From an uncultured delta proteobacterium (GTDB taxonomy: Bacteria > Desulfobacterota > Binatia > Bin18), in the NCBI GenBank assembly GCA_963733195.1, contig CAVTCR010000019.1, forward strand, positions 1-64,000: a stretch of 64,000 nucleotides of DNA, in the 5' to 3' direction. Under the pieces are notes generated by a model that ran no database searches, had not been told where the DNA came from, and saw only the letters and a program-made list of their open reading frames with translations. Positions within the stretch are counted from its first letter, which is position 1, and the number at the start of each line of letters is the position of its first letter. Both the position numbers and the translations under genes were made by a program. This document shows positions 32,035-42,599 of this stretch, piece by piece.

Positions 32035-33183
32035 TTATAGTATGCCTAATTGTCGCAAAACCTCCTCCGTATGCTCCCCCTTGAGACCGCCGGGACGCAC
32101 CGGACCAGCCGGAGTTTTCTCGAAGTTCCACGGTATCCCGTCAACCGCAAGAGTTCCCCAGTGTGGCGTGTCAAGGTTCACAATCTGTTGATTCTGCGTC
32201 ACCTGCGGATGATATCGCAATGCCTCGAAATCGCCGATTCTGCTATTCGGCACTGCTTCCTTGGTAAGACGAATTACCCACCAAGCCGCTGGCTTCGTAC
32301 GCAATCGTTCTTCCAGCAATGGAATCAGTTCTGCCCGATGTTCAACACGTTTGGGATTGGTTGCAAAACGTGGATCGTCACAGAGCGCCTCTAATTTCAC
32401 AGCACGACAAAACCGCGGCCATTGGTCTTCACTGACTACCCCAACTGCAATGTACTTTTTGTCTTCACAAAGAAACGCTTGATGCGGGACCGTTGTTGGA
32501 GCTGCACTGCCCATCGGTTGCGGTTGCTGATTGGTTGCGAAATATTCTGCTAAGCGAGTACTTTGCAGCGACAGTGCTGCCGAAAGCATTTCGATTTCAA
32601 TCTTCTGTCCTTTGCCGGTGCGCTCGCGAGCCAACAATGCTTGCAACACAGCTTCGACGATCATCGTGCTGGTGGAAATATCCAAGTGTGCCAGGTGGCG
32701 GAACATCTCCCCCTGGCTCCCTGGTTGCCCAGTAATGCTACACCACCCACACAGTGCTTGGAGGTTCGGATCAATACCTGCCTCTTTCGCCATCGGCCCC
32801 GTGCGACCGTACGCAGACGATGCCACGTAGACGATACGTGGATTTACTTGTGACACAACGTCATAACCAAGCCCTAAACGCTCGACCGCACCGGGTCGCA
32901 TGTTTTGAATGAATACGTCACTCTTCTCGATAATCTTCAGTGCTGTCGCCCGATCACCTTCTTGTTTCAGATCAAGCACGATGTGGCGTTTGTTGAAATT
33001 AGCAGAAATGTACAACACCGCAGTACCTTTGATCGGCGGCGGAATGACGTGCGAGAGTTCTCCCTCTGGGGCCTCAATCTTTATGACATCAGCTCCCATT
33101 TCACCCAAAAGTTTTGACGCCCACGGCCCCACCGCCGCAATCGTCAGATCAAACACGCGAATACCATCGAGAATGCCTGCCAT
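32035..33183 (-). CDS. class III CoA-transferase (CaiB/BaiF)
   Basis: GADVIKIE, QNMRPG, AGIDPNLQA, GEHT. Confidence 0.88.
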   Translation of the reverse strand: MAGILDGIRVFDLTIAAVGPWASKLLGEMGADVIKIEAPEGELSHVIPPPIKGTAVLYISANFNKRHIVLDLKQEGDRATALKIIEKSDVFIQNMRPGAVERLGLGYDVVSQVNPRIVYVASSAYGRTGPMAKEAGIDPNLQALCGWCSITGQPGSQGEMFRHLAHLDISTSTMIVEAVLQALLARERTGKGQKIEIEMLSAALSLQSTRLAEYFATNQQPQPMGSAAPTTVPHQAFLCEDKKYIAVGVVSEDQWPRFCRAVKLEALCDDPRFATNPKRVEHRAELIPLLEERLRTKPAAWWVIRLTKEAVPNSRIGDFEALRYHPQVTQNQQIVNLDTPHWGTLAVDGIPWNFEKTPAGPVRPGGLKGEHTEEVLRQLGIL

Positions 33184-33203
33184 GAGACCTCCACAAAACG
33201 CAC

Positions 33204-33314
33204 ATGAAACGTGGTGCGTAATACGTAAAGAATAACTATCCCACTATTCTTACGTTTTACGTGTTACGCTTTATTCTTTCCCTTATATTACTCGTGACTC
33301 ATTACTCGTTACTG
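33204..33314. repeat. heptamer-periodic repeats/palindrome
   Basis: tgaaacg tggtgcg taatacg / ttacgtt ttacgtg ttacgct; ttactcg tgactca ttactcg. Confidence 0.7.
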
Positions 33315-33722
33315 CCGAATAGGCCTAAACTTCGCCAACGTCACATCCTCGGTCACATCGTCAAACACCACTTCCACTGACATGCCGATTTTGATGTCGG
33401 CGTTGTCTATTCCTACGAGATTGGTCAATAGACGTGGACCTTCATCCAACTCAACCTCGGCGACATTGTAGGGAATCTCATCTTTGACTGCGGAAAAATA
33501 CGCTTGGTGGAACACGACCCAGGAATTGATCTTTCCTCGGCCACTCAGCTTTTCCCAAGTGAAATTACGCGACCAACAGTTTGGACAAAATGGTCCCGGT
33601 GGATACCACAAGTTGTGACAACTATCGCAACGTGGGAGCTTGACTTCGCGTTGCCTGAGCCCATCCCAATATGGGCTGTTCAAGGACGAGATCGCCGGCA
33701 AAGGTTTTTTGTATTCAGCCAC
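33309..33722 (-). CDS. Zn-ribbon/OB-fold (DUF35) protein
   Basis: CxxC..CPxC, VELDEGPRL. Confidence 0.9.
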   Translation of the reverse strand: MAEYKKPLPAISSLNSPYWDGLRQREVKLPRCDSCHNLWYPPGPFCPNCWSRNFTWEKLSGRGKINSWVVFHQAYFSAVKDEIPYNVAEVELDEGPRLLTNLVGIDNADIKIGMSVEVVFDDVTEDVTLAKFRPIRQ

Positions 33723-33726
33723 GATG

Positions 33727-34905
33727 TTATCCTCTCCGATAGATCAGTGAGTCGCCATAGGCATTCGCCCATTGAATGACTTCAGCGTTTGCAACCTGCC
33801 TCGGTCCACATTCGCCGCGCAACTGACGAATAATCTCTACTTGATGGTTCCAACCCATAATGTGGGCTTCGGAAATCAACCCACCATTAGTATTGATTGG
33901 AAGTTCGCCCCCCACCTCAATGCGCCCATTCTGCGTAAATGCTGCTGCCTCTCCAGGTTTACAGAATCCCCAGCGTTCGAGCGCGGTCCAAACGAGGATG
34001 GAGAATGCATCATACGTAAACAAAGCGTCAATATCTTTATGGGTAACACCCGCCATCTCATACACAGGTTGCAGCCCTGCCTTGTAGTCAAACACACTTT
34101 GCTGCGAGGTGCCAAAGCCTGGATATGTCCAGATGAACTCCTCTCGTCCTGCTGGTAGTCCTTGCATACCGCTGATGTAGACTGGGCGCTTTTTCAGATT
34201 ACGCGCCTGATCACTACTACTCACGATCACACACGCCGCCCCGTCATTGATCTGGCAGTAATCAAGCAAATGCAGTGGTTCGCAAACAAAGCGGGAGTTC
34301 TGATGATCTTCGACCGTAATCGGGTTACGCATGATTGCTGTGGGATTAAGTGAGGCATGTTTACGTTCCGCTACTGCAACTGCAGCAAGCTGGCGACTGG
34401 TGGCGCCATATTTCGCAAAATACTTTTGTGCGACCAGCGCGGCTCCAGCTCCAGGAGAGGTCATCCCATACACCGGATCTTCGCCGTGTCCTCCACCACC
34501 TTCACGTGCACCTTCGCTATCTCCCACTCCACCCATCATCGGTTTACGGAAGCCGGAGAAACTAATCGAAGCCAGACACGCAACATAATTTGCCAAGCCA
34601 GCACTGACTGCCATTGCAGCATTTTGGATGCAGGTGGCGGTAAACCGTCCATGCGCCCAGGTTTGATTATACATTTTCAGCTTGAGCCCTAGTGCATACG
34701 CGAGCGTATCTGCATCGGCACCGATCGGCGTGCCGAAACTCACAATCAGTCCGTCAAGATCATCGCGGGTCAACCCCGCATCGTCGAGGGCGTTACGAAT
34801 CGCTTCACCGGCAAGGTCAATCGTACTCCGGTTAAGTCGTTTGCCATAAGGTGAATGTCCGACCCCGCAGATCGCGGCTTTATCTTTAAGATCCCATGCA
34901 GGCAT
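33727..34905 (-). CDS. SCP2-type thiolase-like protein (Ltp2-like)
   Basis: HASLNP, CQINDGA, YDAFS, NTNGGLISEAH; paired with DUF35. Confidence 0.85.
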   Translation of the reverse strand: MPAWDLKDKAAICGVGHSPYGKRLNRSTIDLAGEAIRNALDDAGLTRDDLDGLIVSFGTPIGADADTLAYALGLKLKMYNQTWAHGRFTATCIQNAAMAVSAGLANYVACLASISFSGFRKPMMGGVGDSEGAREGGGGHGEDPVYGMTSPGAGAALVAQKYFAKYGATSRQLAAVAVAERKHASLNPTAIMRNPITVEDHQNSRFVCEPLHLLDYCQINDGAACVIVSSSDQARNLKKRPVYISGMQGLPAGREEFIWTYPGFGTSQQSVFDYKAGLQPVYEMAGVTHKDIDALFTYDAFSILVWTALERWGFCKPGEAAAFTQNGRIEVGGELPINTNGGLISEAHIMGWNHQVEIIRQLRGECGPRQVANAEVIQWANAYGDSLIYRRG

Positions 34906-35010
34906 CGCCTGTCCCTCCCTGCGCGATACAGTAGGATAGAAGAACGACGTGTGTCAACTGAACATATGCACTCTCTTGACCCGTTCCAGAGGGCTGGATA
35001 CTACAGCCTT

Positions 35011-36222
35011 ATGAATACATACGCGCCATTACGCTTTGGGATCTTCCTTCCCCCCATGCATCCTGTGGGACAAAATCCAACCCTTACCATGCAGCGTGAC
35101 CTCGAATTGATGGAGCACCTCGATCGTCTCGGTTTTGATGAAGCATGGATCGGTGAGCATCACTCTGCTGGTTATGAAACGATTGCATCACCGGAAGTGT
35201 TTATTGGTGCGGCTTCGCAACGCACTCGTCACATCAAGCTTGGCACTGGAGTGAATTCGTTGCCGTATCACCACCCGTTAATCCTCGCCGATCGAATTGT
35301 CATGCTTGATCATCTCACTCGCGGACGAACAATGTTCGGGGTCGGTCCTGGCCAGCTCACGTCTGATGCCTTCATGCTCGGTATCCAACCAGATAACCAA
35401 CGACGCATGATGCAAGAAAGTTTTGAAGTGATCATGGCCTTGTTCAACGGAGAGACGGTGACCCGCAAGACGGACTGGTTCACTATCCAAGAAGGAGTCT
35501 TGCAGTTACGACCATACACTCACCCCTGCTTTGACATCGCGGTCGCAGCCTCTATCTCGCCTTCCGGGGCTACTCTTGCTGGCCGGTTTGGCGTTGGTCT
35601 TCTTTCTCTTGCGGCCACGAATCCACTCGGCTTTCAGATGCTACACGACCACTGGCAAGTCGCTGAGGAACAAGCAGCAAAGAATGGAAAGACAGTCGAT
35701 CGTCGCAACTGGCGTATGGTCGGCCCGATGCATGTGGCAGAAACAGAGAAGCAAGCGTTGGAAGATTGTCGCTATGGCTTTCTCAACGTGATGACGTATA
35801 TTTCCCATATCCTCCCGATGGGACCGTCCACCGCCACGACCTATGAAGAGGTCGTCAAAGAAGTCAATGAAACCGGCGCCGGGGTGATCGGTACACCAGA
35901 GATGGCGATTGCGCAGATTGAACGACTACTGAAGCAGTCCGGCGGGTTTGGCTGTTACCTGTCGATCGGAGCCGACTTTGCCGACTGGCAAGCCACGCTG
36001 CGTTCGTACGAACTCATTTCACAGTACGTGATGCCGCATTTCAAAGGGCAACTAGCCCTACCTCAAGCTTCCTACGATCGTATTATCAAAGCCGGAGATA
36101 AGTTTGTCTCGGCCACAGCTCATGCCATCGAAAAGGCCATCAAAGAGTACGATAGTACTACTTCGTTAAGTAGGCTGATAGACTATGGACAGGTGAGTAA
36201 CAAGGGTGGGCATGGGCAGTGA
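35011..36222 (+). CDS. LLM flavin monooxygenase (limonene 1,2-monooxygenase-like); 3' end reads into an IS relic
   Basis: RFGIFLPPMHP, AWIGEHHSAG, LDHLTRGR. Confidence 0.85.
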   Translation: MNTYAPLRFGIFLPPMHPVGQNPTLTMQRDLELMEHLDRLGFDEAWIGEHHSAGYETIASPEVFIGAASQRTRHIKLGTGVNSLPYHHPLILADRIVMLDHLTRGRTMFGVGPGQLTSDAFMLGIQPDNQRRMMQESFEVIMALFNGETVTRKTDWFTIQEGVLQLRPYTHPCFDIAVAASISPSGATLAGRFGVGLLSLAATNPLGFQMLHDHWQVAEEQAAKNGKTVDRRNWRMVGPMHVAETEKQALEDCRYGFLNVMTYISHILPMGPSTATTYEEVVKEVNETGAGVIGTPEMAIAQIERLLKQSGGFGCYLSIGADFADWQATLRSYELISQYVMPHFKGQLALPQASYDRIIKAGDKFVSATAHAIEKAIKEYDSTTSLSRLIDYGQVSNKGGHGQ

Positions 36223-36625
36223 AGGTATCTGACATAAAGAGAGTCGAGAAGGAGTTGGGAGCCTTTGTTGAGGACTTTGCCCCAGAGTTCGGGCGGACGG
36301 AACGGCGGTACTGGTGCAAGAGGTATCTGACGGGGTTGTTGCTGGATGGGGAGCGGAAGTCGATTGAACCGTTAGCCCAGCGAGTACCGGGGGCAATGCG
36401 CAAGCCCTGCAGCAGTTTGTCAACCAAAGTCCGTGGGCGCATGAGCCGGTGCAGGACAAGCTCTCGCGGCGGCTGGTGCGTCGGAGCGGCAAGGGGAGAG
36501 GGGTCCTAGTCTTGGATGACACGACGCTCCCCAAGAAAGGCAACGCATCGGTGGGGGTGGCTCGGCAGTAGTGTGGGGCATTAGGGAAAGTCACCAATTG
36601 TCAGGCCATTGTCACCTGGCATTAG
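36153..36625 (+). mobile_element. truncated IS701-family transposase relic
   Basis: [50 protein letters not shown]; frameshift and stops; left end approximate. Confidence 0.85.
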
Positions 36626-36633
36626 GTCGTTTT

Positions 36634-36783
36634 TCAGATGTGTTGATAACGGGCTACAAGCTTTTGATTTTTAATGTCTTTTAAGAAAGCCAGCAACAAT
36701 TCTGCGACACTACCCGCGGTTCCCGCCAAGGTCATCCCCAGAAACTCCCGCCGGCTCCAACTTTCAGTGTGTCGTCTATGCAT
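36634..36783 (-). pseudogene. N-terminal fragment of a Tat-exported binding protein
   Basis: MHRRHTESWSRREFLGMTLAG, then an abrupt break. Confidence 0.45.
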
Positions 36784-36940
36784 GGAAATCTCCCTTTCCT
36801 TAGGGGTCATGATCTGTATAGAAGGTGAGGGTGCTGACCTTAATCTCACCTCAGTCCGTCGTCAACATTTTCCTGCTTGACCGGGTCTCCAGGGAACGTA
36901 TAGTTTTATCGCATAACAAATGAGCGCTCGGAGATGTTCG

Positions 36941-37423
36941 ATGGCGGTCAAGACTATTCCCCTCAGTGAGGTGCGGCAGAAGCTGAAAGACATCCTGGCC
37001 ACCTTGGAGGCAACAGGCGAGCTGTATCTCATTACGCAACACCACCGTCCGAAGGCGGTCCTGGTCCGCTATGAGGATTACACTACGCTGGTCGAGCAGA
37101 CAGCCGAGGGACATCCTCACATCGTTCGCCGCCCTACTATTAGTGGAGGCGAGCCTATCATCCGTGGCGCCCGCATTTCCGTTCGTCACATCATCGAACG
37201 CATTCAGGCCGGTCAATCAGTAGAGGATATTCTGGCTGCCCTCCCCCATCTAACCGTCGCCCAGGTCTATGACGCCCTCTCGTACTACCATGACCACCAA
37301 GCTGAGATGAACCGACTTATAGAGGAAAGCCGGCCTGAGCGGGTGATCGCAGCGCAGGGCCTGAAGGTTGAAAAGATTGCCGAAGGGGTTGCCGTAGCAC
37401 ACGATCAGCGGGGGCGATGGTAG
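36941..37423 (+). CDS. Phd/YefM-DUF433 fused antitoxin
   Basis: LSEVRQKL..ITQHHRPKAVL (Phd) plus GGEPIIRGARISV..YDALSYY (DUF433). Confidence 0.85.
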   Translation: MAVKTIPLSEVRQKLKDILATLEATGELYLITQHHRPKAVLVRYEDYTTLVEQTAEGHPHIVRRPTISGGEPIIRGARISVRHIIERIQAGQSVEDILAALPHLTVAQVYDALSYYHDHQAEMNRLIEESRPERVIAAQGLKVEKIAEGVAVAHDQRGRW

Positions 37424-37512
37424 AGCCGTCCCCGCCCCGCCTTGCCCGGTTGTACTTTGATGAGAAGGACTGCTTACTATTCCTCGGCGCTGAGTACGAT
37501 TCTCCAACTTGA
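37417..37512 (+). pseudogene. truncated DUF5615/PIN-like toxin
   Basis: overlapping ATG, RLYFDE start motif, stop after 31 codons. Confidence 0.5.
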
Positions 37513-37577
37513 TGCCGCTGTAGATTGAGGCCCGTAAAGAAAAGGTTTCATAGCCCTGAGGCAATCTACGAATCAGC

Positions 37578-37660
37578 AAGACAGAGATAGAGACCAAAAA
37601 ACAGACAGAGATAGAGATCACCCTACCCTTCTCTGTCTCTATCTCAAATTTCTGTCTGTT
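37578..37660. repeat. hexamer-periodic inverted repeat
   Basis: agacagagatagaga twice / tctctgtctctatctc. Confidence 0.7.
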
Positions 37661-37665
37661 ATGGC

Positions 37666-37760
37666 TTACCCCTTCAACTCCTTCCTAATTTCATTAAGAA
37701 AGCGCCAGTCCGTGCCCTCGGCGATGATCTTCTGTGGAGTGCTCTTGATCTTCCGCAGAT
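37666..37760 (-). pseudogene. C-terminal fragment of an ABC substrate-binding protein
   Basis: KIKSTPQKIIAEGTDWRFLNEIRKELKG. Confidence 0.5.
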
Positions 37761-37935
37761 ATTCTCTTGCCGTTATTGTCAAGGTAACTACATTTGATGG
37801 ATAAGGGTGGGGTGATGAAACCCGGTGTCGGAGAGGAATGGAACCGATGACTCGCTCGTAGGCAAGACGCCGCCAAGACGATAAAACATAAAAGCATCGT
37901 CTTGCCGTGACAGAGATAGGTGGAGGAGACAATTT

Positions 37936-38954
37936 ATGGCTAAATTCGATTACTCTGCGTATTACCGTCGTCTCCAGGACCTCAAGAAACTACAGATCCC
38001 AACAGAGTCGGTTTGCTGGACCGAGCAGTATCGTCCGCCGGAGCGAACGTATGACATTGTTCTGTATCTCGGCTGCAATATTTTACGCACGCCGGATGTG
38101 GCGGCTGATGTTGTCACTGTGTTCCGGGCGCTGGGGCTCGATTTCATCGCGGTGGCTGGGGTGCAGTTCTGTTGCGGGATCACCTGGGATCGGTTTGGCA
38201 ATGTCGCCAAGGGACAGACTGTGGCGGATTTGACGATTGAGCGACTCGCCTCATACAAGGCGCGGGTCGTCGTCCACTGGTGTCCGTCGTGTGACGTGCA
38301 TTTCTCTGATGTCGTCACTGGACGGGATGCGAAAACAATTCCCTTTGAGGTAACTGATGCACCAGCATTCTTAGCCGCACTCAGTCAGCGCGGGCAGATA
38401 CCGTGGCGTCATGCCGTCGCCGGTCGCGTGGCACTTCATAGCCACAGCGGACGAGAAGGCCACGAGGCCGGCCAGCGGCGCGCACACGCCGATCAAGAGC
38501 ATGTCAGTTATCTTCTGTCGCAGATTCCCGGCCTGCACTTCCTTGGCGCGGTTACGGCTCCAGGAGAGTTTGATTACGATTGTGGTCCCAGTTCAATACG
38601 CGTAGAGCGCGCGCGTTGGCTCGCGCGCGTGCGGAACAATTGGGCACCGTGCGGCGACTTGGCGCGGAGACGTTGGTGACAGTCTCGCATGCGTGCCAAC
38701 GTGAATGGTGCGATGTGAGTGACAACACGCTGACCGTACGTAACTACATCTCTCTTGTAGCTGAAGCAATTGGCTGCACCCGGAGTTACGAGAGTGATAC
38801 ATTAGGGCGTTTGAAGCACCTGGGGGACCTTGACGCTCTTGTTGAGAGTACCCAGGCCAATTGGACGAGTCATGGATTAAGCAAAGAACAGGCAGAAGAG
38901 ATTGCCCACAAGTATTCCTGGGCCACTCCAGCGCCGCGCTCGTCGGCACCGTAA
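37936..38954 (+). CDS. CCG-domain Fe-S protein (frameshift near 38632)
   Basis: YLGC, QFCCG, WCPSC, DCG, SHAC. Confidence 0.7.
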
Positions 38955-39173
38955 GGGAAGCCCGCTGCTGCATAAAAGGAGGTTGTCAGCAGGCAGCGTG
39001 AACAATGAATCATACGGACTCTCTGTGAGGCCTATTCATTTCCGCATGCTTCGACTCCGCTACCGCCGCAGCGTACCTTGAGCCCTGAGACCTGTATGAT
39101 GGATGTTGAGCTGAACAGCGAGTGCTCTTGTACATGGTGGCAAAGCCCACCAGAGCGGCCAGGAGGCACGACG

Positions 39174-40260
39174 ATGAACAGCGCAGCATTCATTCCGATG
39201 GAATACGATATTTTTGCAGGACTCGATGTGGACAAGCGACGGTATAGCGGTGACGTTTACCGATCACCAAGGAGGAATGCGCTCGGTGGGAATGCCCTAT
39301 AAGGTGGACCATTTGGTAAACTATGTCCGCAAACATTTTCCCGACAAGAAAGTGGCCTTTGCCTATGGAGCTGGACCGACGGGGTATGGATTGCATGATG
39401 GGCTGGAGGCGCAAGCCTATCGGTGTGTGATCGCCTCGCCCGCGATGATTCCACAAGCACCGGGACAACGTGTGAAGACTAATCGCCTCGACAGCCGCAA
39501 ACTGGCAGAGAGTTTGCGGGGAGGACAACTCAAACCGATTCACGTGCCCTCCGGCCCGTATCGAGAACTGCGGCATCTGACCCAGTTGCGCGATGCCTTT
39601 GTCAGTGAACTGGTAGGGATGAAGCAACGGATCAAATCGTTGCTGTTGGTGGAAGGGCTGGAGTTTCCGCCCGCCCCCGCGGGCAGTCAGTGGTCGGGGC
39701 GTGTCAAACAGCAATTGCGCCAGTTGCCCTGTACACTGACGGTGCGGTTCAAACTCGATCAATTGCTGGACAGTGTGGAGTTTACCGAAAAACAGGTGGT
39801 CAAAACCACCCGCGAGATTCGCCGGTTTTGCCAGACCGAGCCCGAGTTGGCGCAGTGTCTCCACTATCTGATGAGCATCAGTGGCATTGGCTGGATTGTG
39901 GGGACGCAATTGTTGGCGCGTATCGGGGATTGGCGCGAGTTGAAAAATATCCGTCAGTTGGCAGGCTTTCTGGGCTTGGTCCCGACCGAGCATTCCACGG
40001 GCGAGAAAACCGTGCGGGGCTCGATTACCCACAGCGGCGATCCGCGGCTCCGCAGTAAACTCATCCAAGCCGGCGTGGTCGGCGATCCGTCAAGACGGGG
40101 AGTTGCGCGAATTCTATCGCTCCGTCTGTCACACCCATCCCCGCCATCTCGCCGCGCGAGTGGCCATTGTCGCCGTGGCCCGCAAACTCAGCGTGCGCAT
40201 TGCTGTAGTCCTGATGCAACAACGCCCTTATGAGGTCCGCAAAAAAGTTGTGTTTGACTC
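39174..40260 (+). CDS. IS110 DEDD recombinase (frameshifted)
   Basis: AGLDVDK, AYGAGPTG, KTNRLDS, GLVPTEHSTG, AVARKL; end approximate. Confidence 0.88.
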
Positions 40261-40495
40261 CGTTGACCCAAGAGGAGACCGCGCCCCAGGGCACGACTCG
40301 ACAACAAGCAGAAACAGGAGAGAATCTCTCCTAACGGTTCGCTCCTTGAGACAGAGAGCCCGGGGCCGCAGGCCCATGAGAGGGGCGCATCCCATGTCAG
40401 TGTGACGGCCGTCGTGCCGTGCCACGTATAGCAGCCAGTCTCTCTTTGGTCAGACGGTACAGAGTCATAAAAAAAGAGACCTCGTATGTTTGTAC
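40260..40495 (+). ncRNA. candidate bridge/seek RNA in the 3' non-coding end of the IS
   Basis: donor-matching atagcag (40428-40434) and tacag (40458-40462) around a hairpin; target-matching tcgacaa (40298-40304). Confidence 0.55.
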
Positions 40496-40546
40496 CTTGA
40501 CATCCACATAGCAGCTTGTCGAAGGGGCGAAGGGGAAGTCGAAGGC

Positions 40547-41555
40547 TCATCCAATCGCGTGGTCTCCAAGAGTAAGCACGATCTTGCCAATTTGGGCATC
40601 GCTGAGCATGTAGGCATGCGCCTCGGCAATCTGCTTGAACGGGAACGTACGGTCGAGTACGGGTTTAAGTGCACCCGTAGAAAAAGCACCCAGCAGGTCA
40701 GCGGCGCAGCGCTCACTACAAACTAATGCTTCTTCTGGCGTGCGAGTACGAAACGTAACGCCAATAATACTCGCACGTTTACGCGCAACCTCATCGAGGT
40801 TACAGTCGCCAACCTGGCCGGCGTTGCGTCCGACGCTCACTAACCGCCCCTTAATCCCCAGCACGCGAATATTATCGGCGAGCATCGGCCCACCGACTTG
40901 GTCGATAATCACATCAATGCCATGCTGGCCTGTCGCGGTGAGAACAGCCTCAACCCAACCTGCTTGACTGGTGTCGATGATCTCAGTGCGCACCAAGCGC
41001 ACGCAGAGCACCCCCTTTGGCCGCTGACCTTGTCGTGGCCATCACCGGATGTGCGCCGAAGTAGCGTGCGATCTGAATCGCCGCTGTGCCGACTCCTGAT
41101 GAACCAGCAGTGACCAGCACGGACTCGCCTGGTTTGATCGCAGCATTGCTGACTATGGCATCATGTGCAGTAACGAAGACATTGGGAATAGCGGCAGCTT
41201 CGGCCCATGACATGCCATCGGGAATCCGCATTAAGGCGCGCTGAGATACTACCGTGTACTCGGCGTAACCAGCACCGCGGGCCATGATACGATCCCCGGT
41301 TGTCCATCCGCTTACTCCCTGACCGAGCGCGACGATTTCACCAGCGAATTCAATACCCGTGCGCATCGGTTTGGCTGCCGGATTGTCTGACCGTAGAAGC
41401 GGGCGCGCAAGCAGTTCGCCGCGATTAGTCCCTGCAGCACGTACAGCCACAAGGACCTCACCAGGCCCTGGAGTTGGCACGGGGATTTGACGGAATTCGT
41501 ACACTCCACCCTCAGGACCGGGAACAACAAACAATGCCTGCATGGTTTGGGTCAT
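40547..41555 (-). CDS. MDR-family quinone oxidoreductase (frameshift near 40990)
   Basis: GIEFAG, FVTAHDA, AGSSGVG, GKIVL. Confidence 0.85.
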
Positions 41556-41607
41556 GATGAAATCTCCTCTTTTTTCAAGAAAGGTGCGTCGGCAACGCAA
41601 CTCGGTC

Positions 41608-42588
41608 TTACGTCTCGCGAAACGCCGGCATCACCTCTTTGGCAAAGCGGCTCAGAAGCTTTCGCTCGGTCGGAGCGAGCGAGATCGTAAAATGGCGAAT
41701 ACCAATATCAGCGAGCGCCTGAATCTGACGGCGTAACTCCTCTGTCGGTCCGTTCAATTGCGCTGAACGCAAGGAGATTGCCTTTTCGACTTCAGCCGGA
41801 TCACGATTTATCTTGCGACAAAGGTCGTCAAAGGTGGTACAAAGCTTCTTGATCTGCTCTGGCTCAACCTCTCGCACCCGTAGGTGCCAGATATTCGCAT
41901 GTCGAGCAATCACTGGCAGGATGAGCTTTGGCCCCTGACCACCAATCAAGATGGGGGGATACGGTTTTTGCACTGTTCTGGGTTGAAACGGCGCATCCTT
42001 GAGTTGGTAGTATTTCCCTGTGTACGTGCTCTTCTCCTGCGTAAACAACAGCTTCATCACCTCTAGAGCTTCGCCAAGCCGTCGCGCCCGGCCACCGTTC
42101 GTAGAGAAGGGAATGCCATAGGCTGTATGCTCCAACTCAAACCATCCGGCCCCAATCCCCAAGATGAGCCGCCCCTGACTCACATGATCCACAGTCGCCG
42201 CCATCTTGGCTAAGACCGCAGGATTGCGATAGGTGTTACTGGTGACCAGCAAACCCACCCGCACTCGCTTGGTCTGCGCGGCCAGAGCGGAAAGCAGCGT
42301 CCACCCTTCAAGACAGGGACCAGTGGGATCAGAGTAGATGGGGATAAAATGGTCAAAAACAAAGGCGGAATCAAATCCTAACTCGTCCGCCTCCTGCCAG
42401 ACTGAGACGAGATCACTATAAGTTACATGCTGAGGAGGAGTCTGTATACCAAAACGCAACTTTCCTGTGGGAGCCGCAACGGCCCACGCCGCCCTCGGCG
42501 CTGGCGCTCGCTCGGTCAGTACGGTAGCGGCCGCTACTGTCCCTACACCCTTCAGAAAGCTTCTTCGCGATACCGAATTGACTGCCAT
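41608..42588 (-). CDS. LLM class probable F420-dependent oxidoreductase with Tat signal
   Basis: SRRSFLK; FDHF, YRNPAVLAKMAATVD, GIGAGW. Confidence 0.85.
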   Translation of the reverse strand: MAVNSVSRRSFLKGVGTVAAATVLTERAPAPRAAWAVAAPTGKLRFGIQTPPQHVTYSDLVSVWQEADELGFDSAFVFDHFIPIYSDPTGPCLEGWTLLSALAAQTKRVRVGLLVTSNTYRNPAVLAKMAATVDHVSQGRLILGIGAGWFELEHTAYGIPFSTNGGRARRLGEALEVMKLLFTQEKSTYTGKYYQLKDAPFQPRTVQKPYPPILIGGQGPKLILPVIARHANIWHLRVREVEPEQIKKLCTTFDDLCRKINRDPAEVEKAISLRSAQLNGPTEELRRQIQALADIGIRHFTISLAPTERKLLSRFAKEVMPAFRET

Positions 42589-42599
42589 GTATTTCTCCT

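Larger units (their letters stand above)
39088..40514 (+). mobile_element. IS110/IS1111-family element with AG core, inserted in a REP
   Basis: subterminal IRs tatgatggatgttgag (39095-39110) / cttgacatccacatag (40496-40511); flanks rejoin as ccctgAGcttgtcgaaggg. Confidence 0.85.
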
